A stretch of 64,000 nt of DNA, from positions 1-64,000 of the forward strand of contig CAVOKF010000007.1 in the NCBI GenBank assembly GCA_963696385.1. The letters run 5' to 3'. The notes under the pieces are model-generated. The model saw only the letters and a program-made list of their open reading frames with translations, was not told the DNA's origin and did no database searches. Position 1 is the stretch's first letter, and each line of letters opens with the position of its first letter. Below, piece after piece: positions 10,184 to 19,208 of this stretch. This DNA comes from an uncultured delta proteobacterium (GTDB lineage: Bacteria > Myxococcota_A > Polyangia > Polyangiales > Polyangiaceae). Both the position numbers and the translations under genes were made by a program.

Positions 10184-12649
10184 TTACAGCTCAACTAGGG
10201 TAATGTTCGAGAAGCGGACCACCCCACCGGAGACGTTGAAGCTGAACGCGCCAGTCGAGAAGCTCGTGTCGGAAACCGCGTCGAGTTGCTGGCCATTAAT
10301 GAAGACGACGTAATGATGCCCTTTGACCTCGATACGGACATGGTTTCCTCCTCTCGCGATGAGCGCCGATGGCTTCCATTCCAGGCTCGGCCATCCGGGC
10401 GTGATTCTGAAGTGTCGTTGTCTTGGTGGATCCACACTATTGTCCAAAAAGTTCTTGCCTATGTAGTATCCCAGCCTGGACACATCCATGGCATAGCCGG
10501 CGAAAATGCCCGGGTGCAAAGGCACCTGTACGCGCCAGCCGAAGCCGCAAGTCGGATTACCACTGACGACGCTCGCGTCGACGTCGAGCGTTGCGTTCGG
10601 GCTCGGTCCGGGCATCGATAGCGCGAACGTTGCCCACCAGCCCTCCGGGGTCCCTGGGCCCCCATAAAGAGCCCCGTCCTTCTCCCACCAGGACCCCCAC
10701 TGGACCGTGCCCCAGAGGGATGTTTCTCCTGAGCCCTTCTCGGCCATCCCCTCCGACAATCGCGGCTCCTTAGGCTCAAGCGTGATGGTGAACCTCTTTT
10801 CGGCCTGGCCATCGTCAAAGCTGATTGCTTGATGATAGTCCTTGTATCCGGGCCGAGTGGCCTCGAGCGACCACTCTTTCGTCGTGTCGATGTCGACCGA
10901 GATGGGGAGCATCGGCAGGTCCCGACGATCGGAGCCGCTGACGATGGAGGCCCTTGCCCCCGGAGTAGCAAGGGTGATCGTGGCCTTTCCGTGCAGGACT
11001 CTGAGAGTCAAGTTGCCGAGGTCGACAATTTGGTCCTTGTCGACGACGACATGCTTCTCGAGCGGCTCGTATCGCTCCGAGCCGGCCACTCGAACGAAGT
11101 GGTCTCCGGGTGTGAGGTCGTAGACCTCCTGCGGCAACGGCCCGATTTCCTTGCCTTCTACATAGAGCTTCACGCCGGGTTGACTGCCGGACGCCTTGAG
11201 TCCGGCCCTGCGGGGCGAGCGGAGTGTAAAGGCGGCCAGGGTCTGCTTTTGTCTTTCGACCAATACGTTCTCAACGGCCGGGGCATCGAACCCGTCGGCC
11301 CTCACTTTCACCTCGTGCGATCCATGGGCCAACTCTCCGATGACACATGGGGTGTCGCACTGCTTGCGCCCGTCCACGAAAATGGCGACGCGGTTCACTG
11401 TGAGCCCGTCGACGTCCTTGACGTCGACCGCAATCCGACCCGTCTTCTCGGCTGAAGACAGCAAAAGCACCCCTGCTCTGCCGGCGCAAATGACCAAGAC
11501 CAGCAGCGCCACCCACCGCACCAAACTAAGCCGCGCCTTCGACCCTAGTCCTGGCACGGGCGTGGTGGGCCGCCGAACGGCTATGGTCGTGGCAGGCGTC
11601 GAACCCACAACAAGCGTCGGCAGTTCGACTCTTCGCTCTTCGACCGCGCCCGGGACTTGTTTCGCCGAAACGGCTGATTCGGGGGCTTTAGGGACGTTAA
11701 CCGAGGATCGGGAATCGCCTTTGGGATGTCCGCTGCCGTTGATGAATCGAGTGAGCTCAATCTGCAGCTCCCGGGCGTCCTGAAAACGATCTTCGCTGCG
11801 AAGTGCGATCGCCTTGGTCACAAGCTGTTCAAACTCATCCGATACGGAGGCGCCACGCAGGCGTGGTGTCGGCCGGCGTTCGGCCAGACCCGCTTGCATG
11901 AGCTCGACCAATTCGTCGCCCTCCAGTGGCATGCGCCCGGTTACCGCGAATACCGAGACCAGCCCTAGGGCATGCACATCGGTCCATCGACCGGTCGCCC
12001 CATAGCCTTTTCCGTAAAGCTGTTCGGGAGCGGCCCAATTCGGAGAAAAGGCCACAAACGTCGTCTGCGCTGTCTTGCGCGCCTCCGTGTCGCCGTCCTG
12101 CAGTACCTTGGCAATGCCGAAGTCGAGCACCTTGATCAACGGTCGATTGTTCGCACTCTGCGCAACAAATAAGTTCTCCGGCTTTATATCGCGGTGAATG
12201 ACTCCTTGTTCGTGCGCAAATGCAAGAGCGTCGATGGCCGGGAGCAGCAATGTGGCGATTTCCAGTTCGGTGCACGGGCGCCGCTCGCGTGCGATCGTTT
12301 CTTCTACAAATTTATCTAACGACCGTCCATTGAGCCACTCGAGAATCAGGTATGGCAGCTGATGCCCCCGTGCCGACGTGGTCACACCACAATCAAATAC
12401 GCGGACGATCGATGGATGCTCCGAAAGGCTGAACAACGTACGCCCTTCGCCATCGAATTTGTCTAAAAACACCTTTTTGGCAGCTTCGGCGAAGTGCGGC
12501 GGGACTTTCAAGAATTTGATTGCGATATGGCGACGAAACTGGACGTGCCAGCCCTTGTAGACAATGCCAAACCCGCCTTGGCCAACGGGTTCGTCCACAC
12601 GATATTTGCGGTCGATTGTCGACCCCACCAGAGAAAAGGGATCCTCCAC
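10184..12649 (-). CDS. Membrane Ser/Thr kinase with PEGA repeats and a C-terminal DUF1080/lectin-like beta domain
   Basis: GQGGFGIVY, AIK, HRDIKPEN, DFG, WAAPEQ; TM segment; PEGA-like repeats; NHVRIEVKG...VFINGQ...VRFSNITL C-terminus. Start set at the GTG shared with its paralogues. Confidence 0.9.
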   Translation of the reverse strand: MEDPFSLVGSTIDRKYRVDEPVGQGGFGIVYKGWHVQFRRHIAIKFLKVPPHFAEAAKKVFLDKFDGEGRTLFSLSEHPSIVRVFDCGVTTSARGHQLPYLILEWLNGRSLDKFVEETIARERRPCTELEIATLLLPAIDALAFAHEQGVIHRDIKPENLFVAQSANNRPLIKVLDFGIAKVLQDGDTEARKTAQTTFVAFSPNWAAPEQLYGKGYGATGRWTDVHALGLVSVFAVTGRMPLEGDELVELMQAGLAERRPTPRLRGASVSDEFEQLVTKAIALRSEDRFQDARELQIELTRFINGSGHPKGDSRSSVNVPKAPESAVSAKQVPGAVEERRVELPTLVVGSTPATTIAVRRPTTPVPGLGSKARLSLVRWVALLVLVICAGRAGVLLLSSAEKTGRIAVDVKDVDGLTVNRVAIFVDGRKQCDTPCVIGELAHGSHEVKVRADGFDAPAVENVLVERQKQTLAAFTLRSPRRAGLKASGSQPGVKLYVEGKEIGPLPQEVYDLTPGDHFVRVAGSERYEPLEKHVVVDKDQIVDLGNLTLRVLHGKATITLATPGARASIVSGSDRRDLPMLPISVDIDTTKEWSLEATRPGYKDYHQAISFDDGQAEKRFTITLEPKEPRLSEGMAEKGSGETSLWGTVQWGSWWEKDGALYGGPGTPEGWWATFALSMPGPSPNATLDVDASVVSGNPTCGFGWRVQVPLHPGIFAGYAMDVSRLGYYIGKNFLDNSVDPPRQRHFRITPGWPSLEWKPSALIARGGNHVRIEVKGHHYVVFINGQQLDAVSDTSFSTGAFSFNVSGGVVRFSNITLVEL

Positions 12650-12859
12650 GGTGAGCAGATAACCGTGCCTTCCCGCAGTCGTCAATAAGCCGCCCAAGGC
12701 TGCACGGGGCGCGTCTCTCCCCGGACAACCCGTTCCGCGGCCGAGTCGGTACGCGGCACGCCTGTCGTGGACGAGCAAAAAAACAAGGGGCCGACGGCGG
12801 CCCGCCGGGCTTTCTACGAGCAGCTGGGAAAAAGCCTCGTCATGCCCGGAGCCCGCGTC

Positions 12860-13292
12860 GAGCTCTCTGCGGAGGCCCTTGGAAGGGATGCACGAACGGC
12901 TGAGTGCCGGGTGTTCATGGTCGGCCGAGCAACCGTTCCGGTGAAATCGCCGTGCTCCTACCCGCGGGCAAGCCGCAGGTCCTCGGCTGCGGGGAGGGCG
13001 AGACCGACGAGCTGCGTACGCACTTTTGCCGCCAACGACCGGGTGCGCTTGAATACGGTCCGTCGCTTGCCGGCGCGGGCTGTCGCGACGCCAGCTCGTG
13101 CTCACACCGCATGACGACGGTGTGACCGTCGAGAGCGTGGGCCGACGCGACCTTCGGGTGAACGGAGTTCGGTGCGACCGAGCGGTCGTTCGTCACACGA
13201 TCTACCTGAGCGGCCAGATCCTGCTGCTCTGTACGCGGCGAGTCCCGTTGATGCCCCAAAGTCAGTATTTCCGAGCGGCTCCTGCTGCATGA
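12860..13292 (+). pseudogene. Fragment of the FHA-like N-terminus of a myxobacterial sigma-54 activator
   Basis: Pieces in different frames: GEIAVLL...VLG...FCRQRPG and VESVGRRDLRVNG...QILLLCTRR. No AAA domain follows. Confidence 0.5.
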
Positions 13293-13328
13293 CCACCGAG
13301 GTTGAACCCCGATTGAACACGACAACTG

Positions 13329-14708
13329 CTATGCCAGGAGCACGAAGGCCGTTCCCGCTAGCACTAAAGCTGCGGCGATGACGATGACGATGGCGACCCA
13401 GAAAGGCACGTGCTTTCTTGGAATATCCACGGACCGCGCGCTCCGCTCCGCCTCGCCGGAGAACCCGCGCCCATCTTGTGGCGGCAGCGTTCTCTCGCGC
13501 CTTTTCGGAAGATTCCATTTCGCGTGGGCTCGCTTCTGTGCGGCGGGCTGTTCAGCCGGCGACCGCTCTGAAGTCGGCCTTGGTGGTGCCGACAAGTGGC
13601 CGACCGATACGACAGCCGTTGGCCTAGCTGCCACAACAGGTGTCGACGCCTCCATTATCGAATTCTCGCTCGCGACCGGATTTGTCGAGACGGAAATTGA
13701 TTGTCCCGATTCGTCCGACTCGGCAGCTTGAGGAAACGTGGCAAAGATCGCTACTTTGACTGGTGGGTGTACAACGCCCTCGCGAGGCACGTTCGCATCA
13801 ATGAAGCGCTTCAATTCAATCAACAGCTCTCCGGCGTTCTGAAAGCGATCCTCGCGACGAAGCGCGATCGCTTTTGCCACCAGTTGTTCAAACGCATCCG
13901 ATACCCAAGCGCCGCGCGACCGCGGTGTCGGCCGGCGCTCGGCCAGAGCCGACCGCATAAGTTCGATCAATTCGTCCCCTTCCAAAGGTGAACGGCCCGT
14001 GACCGCAAAGACGAATATCAGTCCGAAAGCGTGCACATCCGTCCAGCGGCCAGTCGTCCCGTACCTTTTTGCGTAGAACTGTTCGGGCGCGGCCCAGCTT
14101 GGCGAAAACGCGACGAAAGTCGAATGAGCCAATTTTCGCGACTCCGTCTCGCCGTCCTCCACCACTTTTGCGATGCCGAAATCTAGGACCTTCACGCTCG
14201 GCTGCTTGCGGGCTCCTCGCACCACAAAAAGGTTTTCGGGTTTGATGTCTCTGTGAACGATCCCGCGTTTGTGCGCAAAGGCAAGGCCCTCGATAGCGGG
14301 TAGCATCAATTCAGCGACCTCCAGTTCGGTATACGGGCGGCCTTCGCGCAGCATTTTTTCCGCGATCACAGTATCTAGCGATTGTCCCTCGAGCCATTCG
14401 AGAATAAGGTACGGTACCTCGTGGCCTTGGACCGTAGTCGTGATTCCACAATCGAAGACACGAACGATATGTGGATGTTCTGAAAGACGAAATAAAGTCC
14501 GGCCTTCTTCGTTGAACCTATCCAAGAATACGCGCTTCGCTGGCGCCGCGAAGTGCGCGGGGATCTTCAGGCACTTGATCGCGATGGAGCGGCGAAACTT
14601 CTGGTGCCACCCCTTGTAGACGATGCCGAACCCTCCCTCGCCGATCGGCGCGTCGACGCGATACTTCCCGTCTATCGTCGCCCCGATCAGCGAGAAAGGA
14701 TCTTCCAC
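13329..14708 (-). CDS. Ser/Thr kinase ending in a C-terminal TM helix
   Basis: GEGGFGIVY, HRDIKPEN, DFG, WAAPEQ; ends FWVAIVIVIAAALVLAGTAFVLLA*. Confidence 0.9.
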   Translation of the reverse strand: MEDPFSLIGATIDGKYRVDAPIGEGGFGIVYKGWHQKFRRSIAIKCLKIPAHFAAPAKRVFLDRFNEEGRTLFRLSEHPHIVRVFDCGITTTVQGHEVPYLILEWLEGQSLDTVIAEKMLREGRPYTELEVAELMLPAIEGLAFAHKRGIVHRDIKPENLFVVRGARKQPSVKVLDFGIAKVVEDGETESRKLAHSTFVAFSPSWAAPEQFYAKRYGTTGRWTDVHAFGLIFVFAVTGRSPLEGDELIELMRSALAERRPTPRSRGAWVSDAFEQLVAKAIALRREDRFQNAGELLIELKRFIDANVPREGVVHPPVKVAIFATFPQAAESDESGQSISVSTNPVASENSIMEASTPVVAARPTAVVSVGHLSAPPRPTSERSPAEQPAAQKRAHAKWNLPKRRERTLPPQDGRGFSGEAERSARSVDIPRKHVPFWVAIVIVIAAALVLAGTAFVLLA

Positions 14709-14859
14709 CTCCGCGAGATAATCGCGCCTTCGGTCGGTCGTCAAAGGCATTCTCCACGTCCAGGTGCCCGTAGTGTCCGCGCTCGCGAAGAAGCGGCGGA
14801 ACATGAACGAATTGCCGGCCAGTGCGGTCCGGTTGGAGATCGGGTAGGAGCACCGGGCG

Positions 14860-15384
14860 ATGGCCAAGGTCGGACGCAACGATCCGTGCCCGTGCGGCAG
14901 CGGCAAGAAGTTCAAGCGATGCTGTCTCGAACGAGTGGAGGCTGAGGAGCGGGCAGAACGGCTAAGAGCGGAGAGCGAGCGACAGGCTGCGGAAGTGGAC
15001 GGAGGGCCCACGGTCGCCGCGGCGGTGCTGGAGCGGGCGCGGGAGGTTTTGCAGGAGTCGCGGGCGTTGGATGAAGTCGACGGGCTCGCCGAGCGGGTGC
15101 TCGAACAGATCGACGCCGGGCAGTACGGCGAGGCCGAGGCGACAGCTCGCCAGCTCGAGTCGGAATATCCCCACGAGCCTCTGGCAATCGAGCGGCTCGG
15201 TCAGGTGCACGAGGCGAGAGGTTCGGGCGACGTCGCGGCAGAACAGTACCGCCGGGCGGTGATGCTGATGGACGAGCTAGGCGAGGGCCACTACTGCGAC
15301 TGTTGCCGCGCGCGCCTGGTCAAGGCGATCCGTCGGCTCGATCCGGATCGGCCGGCGCCCGCACTGCTTCGCGATCCGCAGTAA
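14860..15384 (+). CDS. SEC-C motif plus TPR-like protein
   Basis: [22 protein letters not shown], a TPR-like helical region and YCDCCR. Confidence 0.85.
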   Translation: MAKVGRNDPCPCGSGKKFKRCCLERVEAEERAERLRAESERQAAEVDGGPTVAAAVLERAREVLQESRALDEVDGLAERVLEQIDAGQYGEAEATARQLESEYPHEPLAIERLGQVHEARGSGDVAAEQYRRAVMLMDELGEGHYCDCCRARLVKAIRRLDPDRPAPALLRDPQ

Positions 15385-15490
15385 CGATCTCAAATCGAGC
15401 TCGTTCTTCAACGCTCGCCAGAAGTGACCCGGGTGTGCTCGCGAGAAAAGGTCCGCCTCGGGAAGCGAGGGCGGGGAGCGATGCTCGGGG

Positions 15491-16378
15491 GTGTGCCGGC
15501 CGCGTCCTTGTACGATCTGTCGTCGATGGTTCCGTCCTGATCCTCGCGTAGGCGAGCGAGCGGCACCGATGCGCTCGGGCGCTTTCGCGTCCACGCCCGG
15601 CCCGGTGCTCGTCTACGGCGCCGAGGATGCACCCGTGGCCCTCCGGGATCGAATCGAAACGATCGCGCGCGCACGTGGCCTCGCTCTGGCCGAGCTCGAC
15701 CTGGCGCTGATCGTCGTCGAGAGCCTTCGCCTGGACGCGGCCCGCGACCGCGCTCGTCTGCGCGCCACCCTTCAGCAGCGCGCCCCGCGTTTGCTCATTC
15801 TCGATCCGCTGGTGCGATTGCATCGGATCGACGAGAACTCGGCGGGCGAGATGAGCGCGCTGCTCGGCGAATTGCGGGCGCTGCAGCGCGAGCACCACGT
15901 CGCCATCGCCCTGGTCCACCACGTGCGCAAGAACGGCTCGCCGCGGGGACAGGACGGTCAGTCGCTGCGGGGCTCCGGCGATCTGCACGCTTGGGGAGAC
16001 AGCAACCTTTACCTGCGCCGACGCGAGGGCCAGATCGCGCTCGCCATCGAACATCGATCCGCGCCGGCCCCGCCGCCGTGCATGCTCGAACTCGCGGACG
16101 GCGCCGACGTGCATCTGCGCGTCGTCGACGGCGGCCCCGTCGAGCGCGACCTGGCGGTCGATACGGCCTACAAGATCGTCGCGCTGCTGTCGGCCGGCCC
16201 CATGAGCCGCGAGGCACTCCGCCAAGCCCTTCACGCTCGCAATGCCACGGTCGGCGAGGCACTGGTCCGACTACGTGCCGAGGGGCGCGTCGTGCGCGCC
16301 GACGGCGGCTTCCGTCTCGCCGCGGGCGTTCCGGTACCCACCCCTATGGGCGAGCGGGAACGGAACGGCCATCTCTGA
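15491..16378 (+). pseudogene. Deletion fusion of a zinc-finger N-terminus to a RecA-like AAA_25 ATPase lacking Walker A
   Basis: CRPRPCTICRRWFRPDPRVGER joined to VLVYGAED...LLILDPLVRLHRIDEN...LVHHVRK...LRGSGDLHAWGD. No GxxxxGKS/T. Confidence 0.7.
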
Positions 16379-17002
16379 ACCGTGCGACACGCAGCGCGGG
16401 GTAGCGCGCCCCAACCCGACCTCGTGCCTCTCCACGACCCCTCGGCGCGCTGCCTCGCGTGAAGGGGCGCCACGCGCGGACCCATGCCCCTCTCGCGGAG
16501 CACCGGCGCTTCCCCCGCGCGTAACGGCAACCGCCGGTCGGCGCAGCGTCCGAAAATCGTCGCATCGTCGTGAGCGCCAACAGCCCGTATACGATGCATC
16601 CGGACACGCTTTGATGACCACGAGGCGATTCAGCGAATCCTGGCCGTTTTCACCGATGCGCAAACTCTTCCTGCTCGGGGCGCTTTCTCTCAGCCGAACA
16701 CTTGGCGACCAGGAGCGCGCCGGGGCTACCGACGGTGGCAACCTTCCACTCAGCGACGATGCGGGTTCGAGAGTTTTCGCTCGGCCGAACCCGGGGCGCG
16801 CGAACGTCGTCTGCCCAACCGACAATGAGTAAGATGGCGTCGACCGTTATGCACGTGTTGAGAAAAAGAACTGCCCACGTCCATCGACAAAGGCGCGAAG
16901 AAATCGTGCGCCTGATTCCACTGTGCAGGCCGCAGCAGAGCGTCGCCACAGCTTCAAAGTCTGTCATTGACGCTCGCGCGGCGGCGCGCTTATCTGCCGG
17001 AG

Positions 17003-18748
17003 GTGGAAGATCCTTTTTCGCTGATTGGGTCAACGATTGACGGGAAGTACCGCGTCGACGCGGCGATTGGCGAGGGAGGGTTCGGCATCGTCTACAGGGG
17101 CTGGCACGAAAAGTTTCGTCATCCGATCGCGATTAAGTGCCTGAAGGTCCCCGCCCACTTCGCGGCGCCGGCAAAGCAAGTATTCTTGGACCGGTTCAAC
17201 GAAGAAGGCAGGACGCTCTTTCGTCTGTCAGAGCATCCAAATATCGTTCGTGTCTTCGATTGTGGAGTCACCGCATCCCTTCACGGCCACGAGCTTCCTT
17301 ATCTGATTCTCGAGTGGCTTGACGGGCAATCGTTAGACGCGTTTACCGCAGAAAAAGTGTGCCGCGAAGGGCGCCCCCATACCGAGCTGGAGATCGTCGA
17401 GTTGATGCGGCCCGCCATCGAGGCTCTTGCCTTCGCGCATGAGCAGGGAGTAATCCACCGAGACATCAAGCCCGACAATTTATTTGTCGTGCAGAGCGCG
17501 GACAATCCGCTGCTGGTGAAGGTCCTTGATTTCGGTATCGCTAAAGTGGTGGAGGATGGCGATACAGAGGCGAGAAAAACGGCCCATTCGACCTTTGTCG
17601 CGTTTTCTCCGAGCTGGGCGGCTCCGGAGCAATTTTACGCGAAGGGCTATGGAGCTACCGGTCGATGGACCGATGTCCATGCCCTTGGGCTGGTATTCGT
17701 ATTTGCGGTCACGGGCCGTTCACCTTTGGAAGGGGACGAATTGATCGAACTCATGCGGTCGGCTCTGGCCGAGCGCCGGCCGACACCGCGGTCGCGCGGC
17801 GCTTGGGTATCGGATGCCTTTGAGCAGCTCGTGGCCAATGCCATCGCTCTTCGCAGCGCAGATCGTTTTCAGGATGCACGTGCATTGTTGAGTGCATTGG
17901 TCGAGTTTAGAGACGCGAACGCTGGCGACTTCGATGCGCGAGTAGCGGGGATCGTCCCCAACGCCCAGGTCAAAAAGCGCGAACCGACCACTCTCTTGCA
18001 ACCTTCCATGCCTACGGTAAATGTGGAGGCTGCGTTGCCGTTGCGGATGGCACAGCCGCTTCAAGGTCAGAGGTTGTCGGCGCCGCTTCGTAGGCGATTT
18101 TGGCGTTGGGACTTTCTCCTAGGGTTGGCAGCGCGAAGTCAAGTCGCCCCGACGACCCGGAACCGACGCTCCGTTTTTGTTGCATGCGGCGTCGCGTTGG
18201 CAGGGATCCTCGTGAGCGCGGGCGTGTTGCTGGGATCCCGCCTCGCAAGGCTTCCACTCGCGGAGCCGACGCCTACGGCGCAGACGGCGGCGGTGGAAGC
18301 GGAACGCCACCCGATCCCAACGCCGCAGCCCGCGGTCGTTGCGACTGTGAACGTGAAGGACCTACCCGGCGCGTCGCAACAAGGCGTTAGATCTCCGGTC
18401 CTCGTTCCCCCAAATTTGAACGACCTGTCGCGGGCTCCGAAGCCGTCCAGCCCCCTCGCGCCGCTCGCCGGTCAGTGTATGACACAGGGTCAGCTGCTTC
18501 AGGTCATCGGTCAGCATAAGGTGGCGATACGACGGCTGTGCTGGGATGGCCATCGAACGGCTCGGCCTGCAGTCGGTATCGCAGTTTCGATGACCGTGGC
18601 TCCGGACGGCACCGCACAAAGCGTGTCCGCGTCTGGCGATGACCCCGAGGTCGCCAAGTGCATCGAGAACGACATACGAAACAACTGGGACTTCGGCAAC
18701 GTCGGCTGCTCACAAAAGGTTAGCATCCCGTTTAGGTTCGTTCGCTAG
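17003..18748 (+). CDS. Membrane Ser/Thr kinase with an AgmX/PglI (TonB-C-like) C-terminal domain
   Basis: Kinase motifs as in the paralogues, TM segment, and VIGQHKVAIRRLCW...TVAPDG...VAKCIE...WDF...VSIPFRF. Confidence 0.9.
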   Translation: MEDPFSLIGSTIDGKYRVDAAIGEGGFGIVYRGWHEKFRHPIAIKCLKVPAHFAAPAKQVFLDRFNEEGRTLFRLSEHPNIVRVFDCGVTASLHGHELPYLILEWLDGQSLDAFTAEKVCREGRPHTELEIVELMRPAIEALAFAHEQGVIHRDIKPDNLFVVQSADNPLLVKVLDFGIAKVVEDGDTEARKTAHSTFVAFSPSWAAPEQFYAKGYGATGRWTDVHALGLVFVFAVTGRSPLEGDELIELMRSALAERRPTPRSRGAWVSDAFEQLVANAIALRSADRFQDARALLSALVEFRDANAGDFDARVAGIVPNAQVKKREPTTLLQPSMPTVNVEAALPLRMAQPLQGQRLSAPLRRRFWRWDFLLGLAARSQVAPTTRNRRSVFVACGVALAGILVSAGVLLGSRLARLPLAEPTPTAQTAAVEAERHPIPTPQPAVVATVNVKDLPGASQQGVRSPVLVPPNLNDLSRAPKPSSPLAPLAGQCMTQGQLLQVIGQHKVAIRRLCWDGHRTARPAVGIAVSMTVAPDGTAQSVSASGDDPEVAKCIENDIRNNWDFGNVGCSQKVSIPFRFVR

Positions 18749-19208
18749 CGACCTTCGGACGTTGCGTCTACGAATGCGCTCAAAAGCGCGCGTGCTGTCG
18801 GTGGAGAGCGCGTGATGTCCGAAAAGCCGTCGGCGCTCTTCACGCAGCCTCGCGACGGTAGAAATTGAGGAGTCCGCCGAGACGCGATCGACACCCGATC
18901 GCGCCAAGCGACGCGTTGTCGTTGCTCGGCGACGGCGTCGGCGAGTAGTAGGCGTCGGTCGACGAAGAGCCGCGGAAGCGGGCGCGGAAACATATCGCGT
19001 CTTCGCTCGTACACGCGTTTTTGCACCTGAAGACCCTGACCTGTAGACGGACTCGGAGTACGGGCACATCAGCGGGTTACACTTCGACCCCGCGGTCCTC
19101 TCCGCTGAAGCCGTCCGGGCGCATTCGTTTCGCGTTTACTGCGTCTCGCCTCTGGTGAACGCGGACAATTCGAGGCTTCGCGCGCTCGCGCTCGGAATGG
19201 CCGCTCGC

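Larger units (their letters stand above)
14774..16582 (+). mobile_element. Internally deleted, non-autonomous IS21-like element
   Basis: TG...CA ends with inverted repeats TGTCCGCGCTCGCGAAGAAGCGGCG / TGTTGGCGCTCACGACGATGCGACG (19/25). Flanking direct repeat GCCCGTAG (14766-14773) / GCCCGTAT (16583-16590). No transposase inside. Confidence 0.75.

Noticed and set aside
12650..13105. Long N-terminal extensions given by the ORF track (also 14709-15011, 3227-4069, 33018-33539, 58408-59076)
   Set aside because: Homology among paralogues or family motifs begins at the downstream starts, and the extensions overlap other features.
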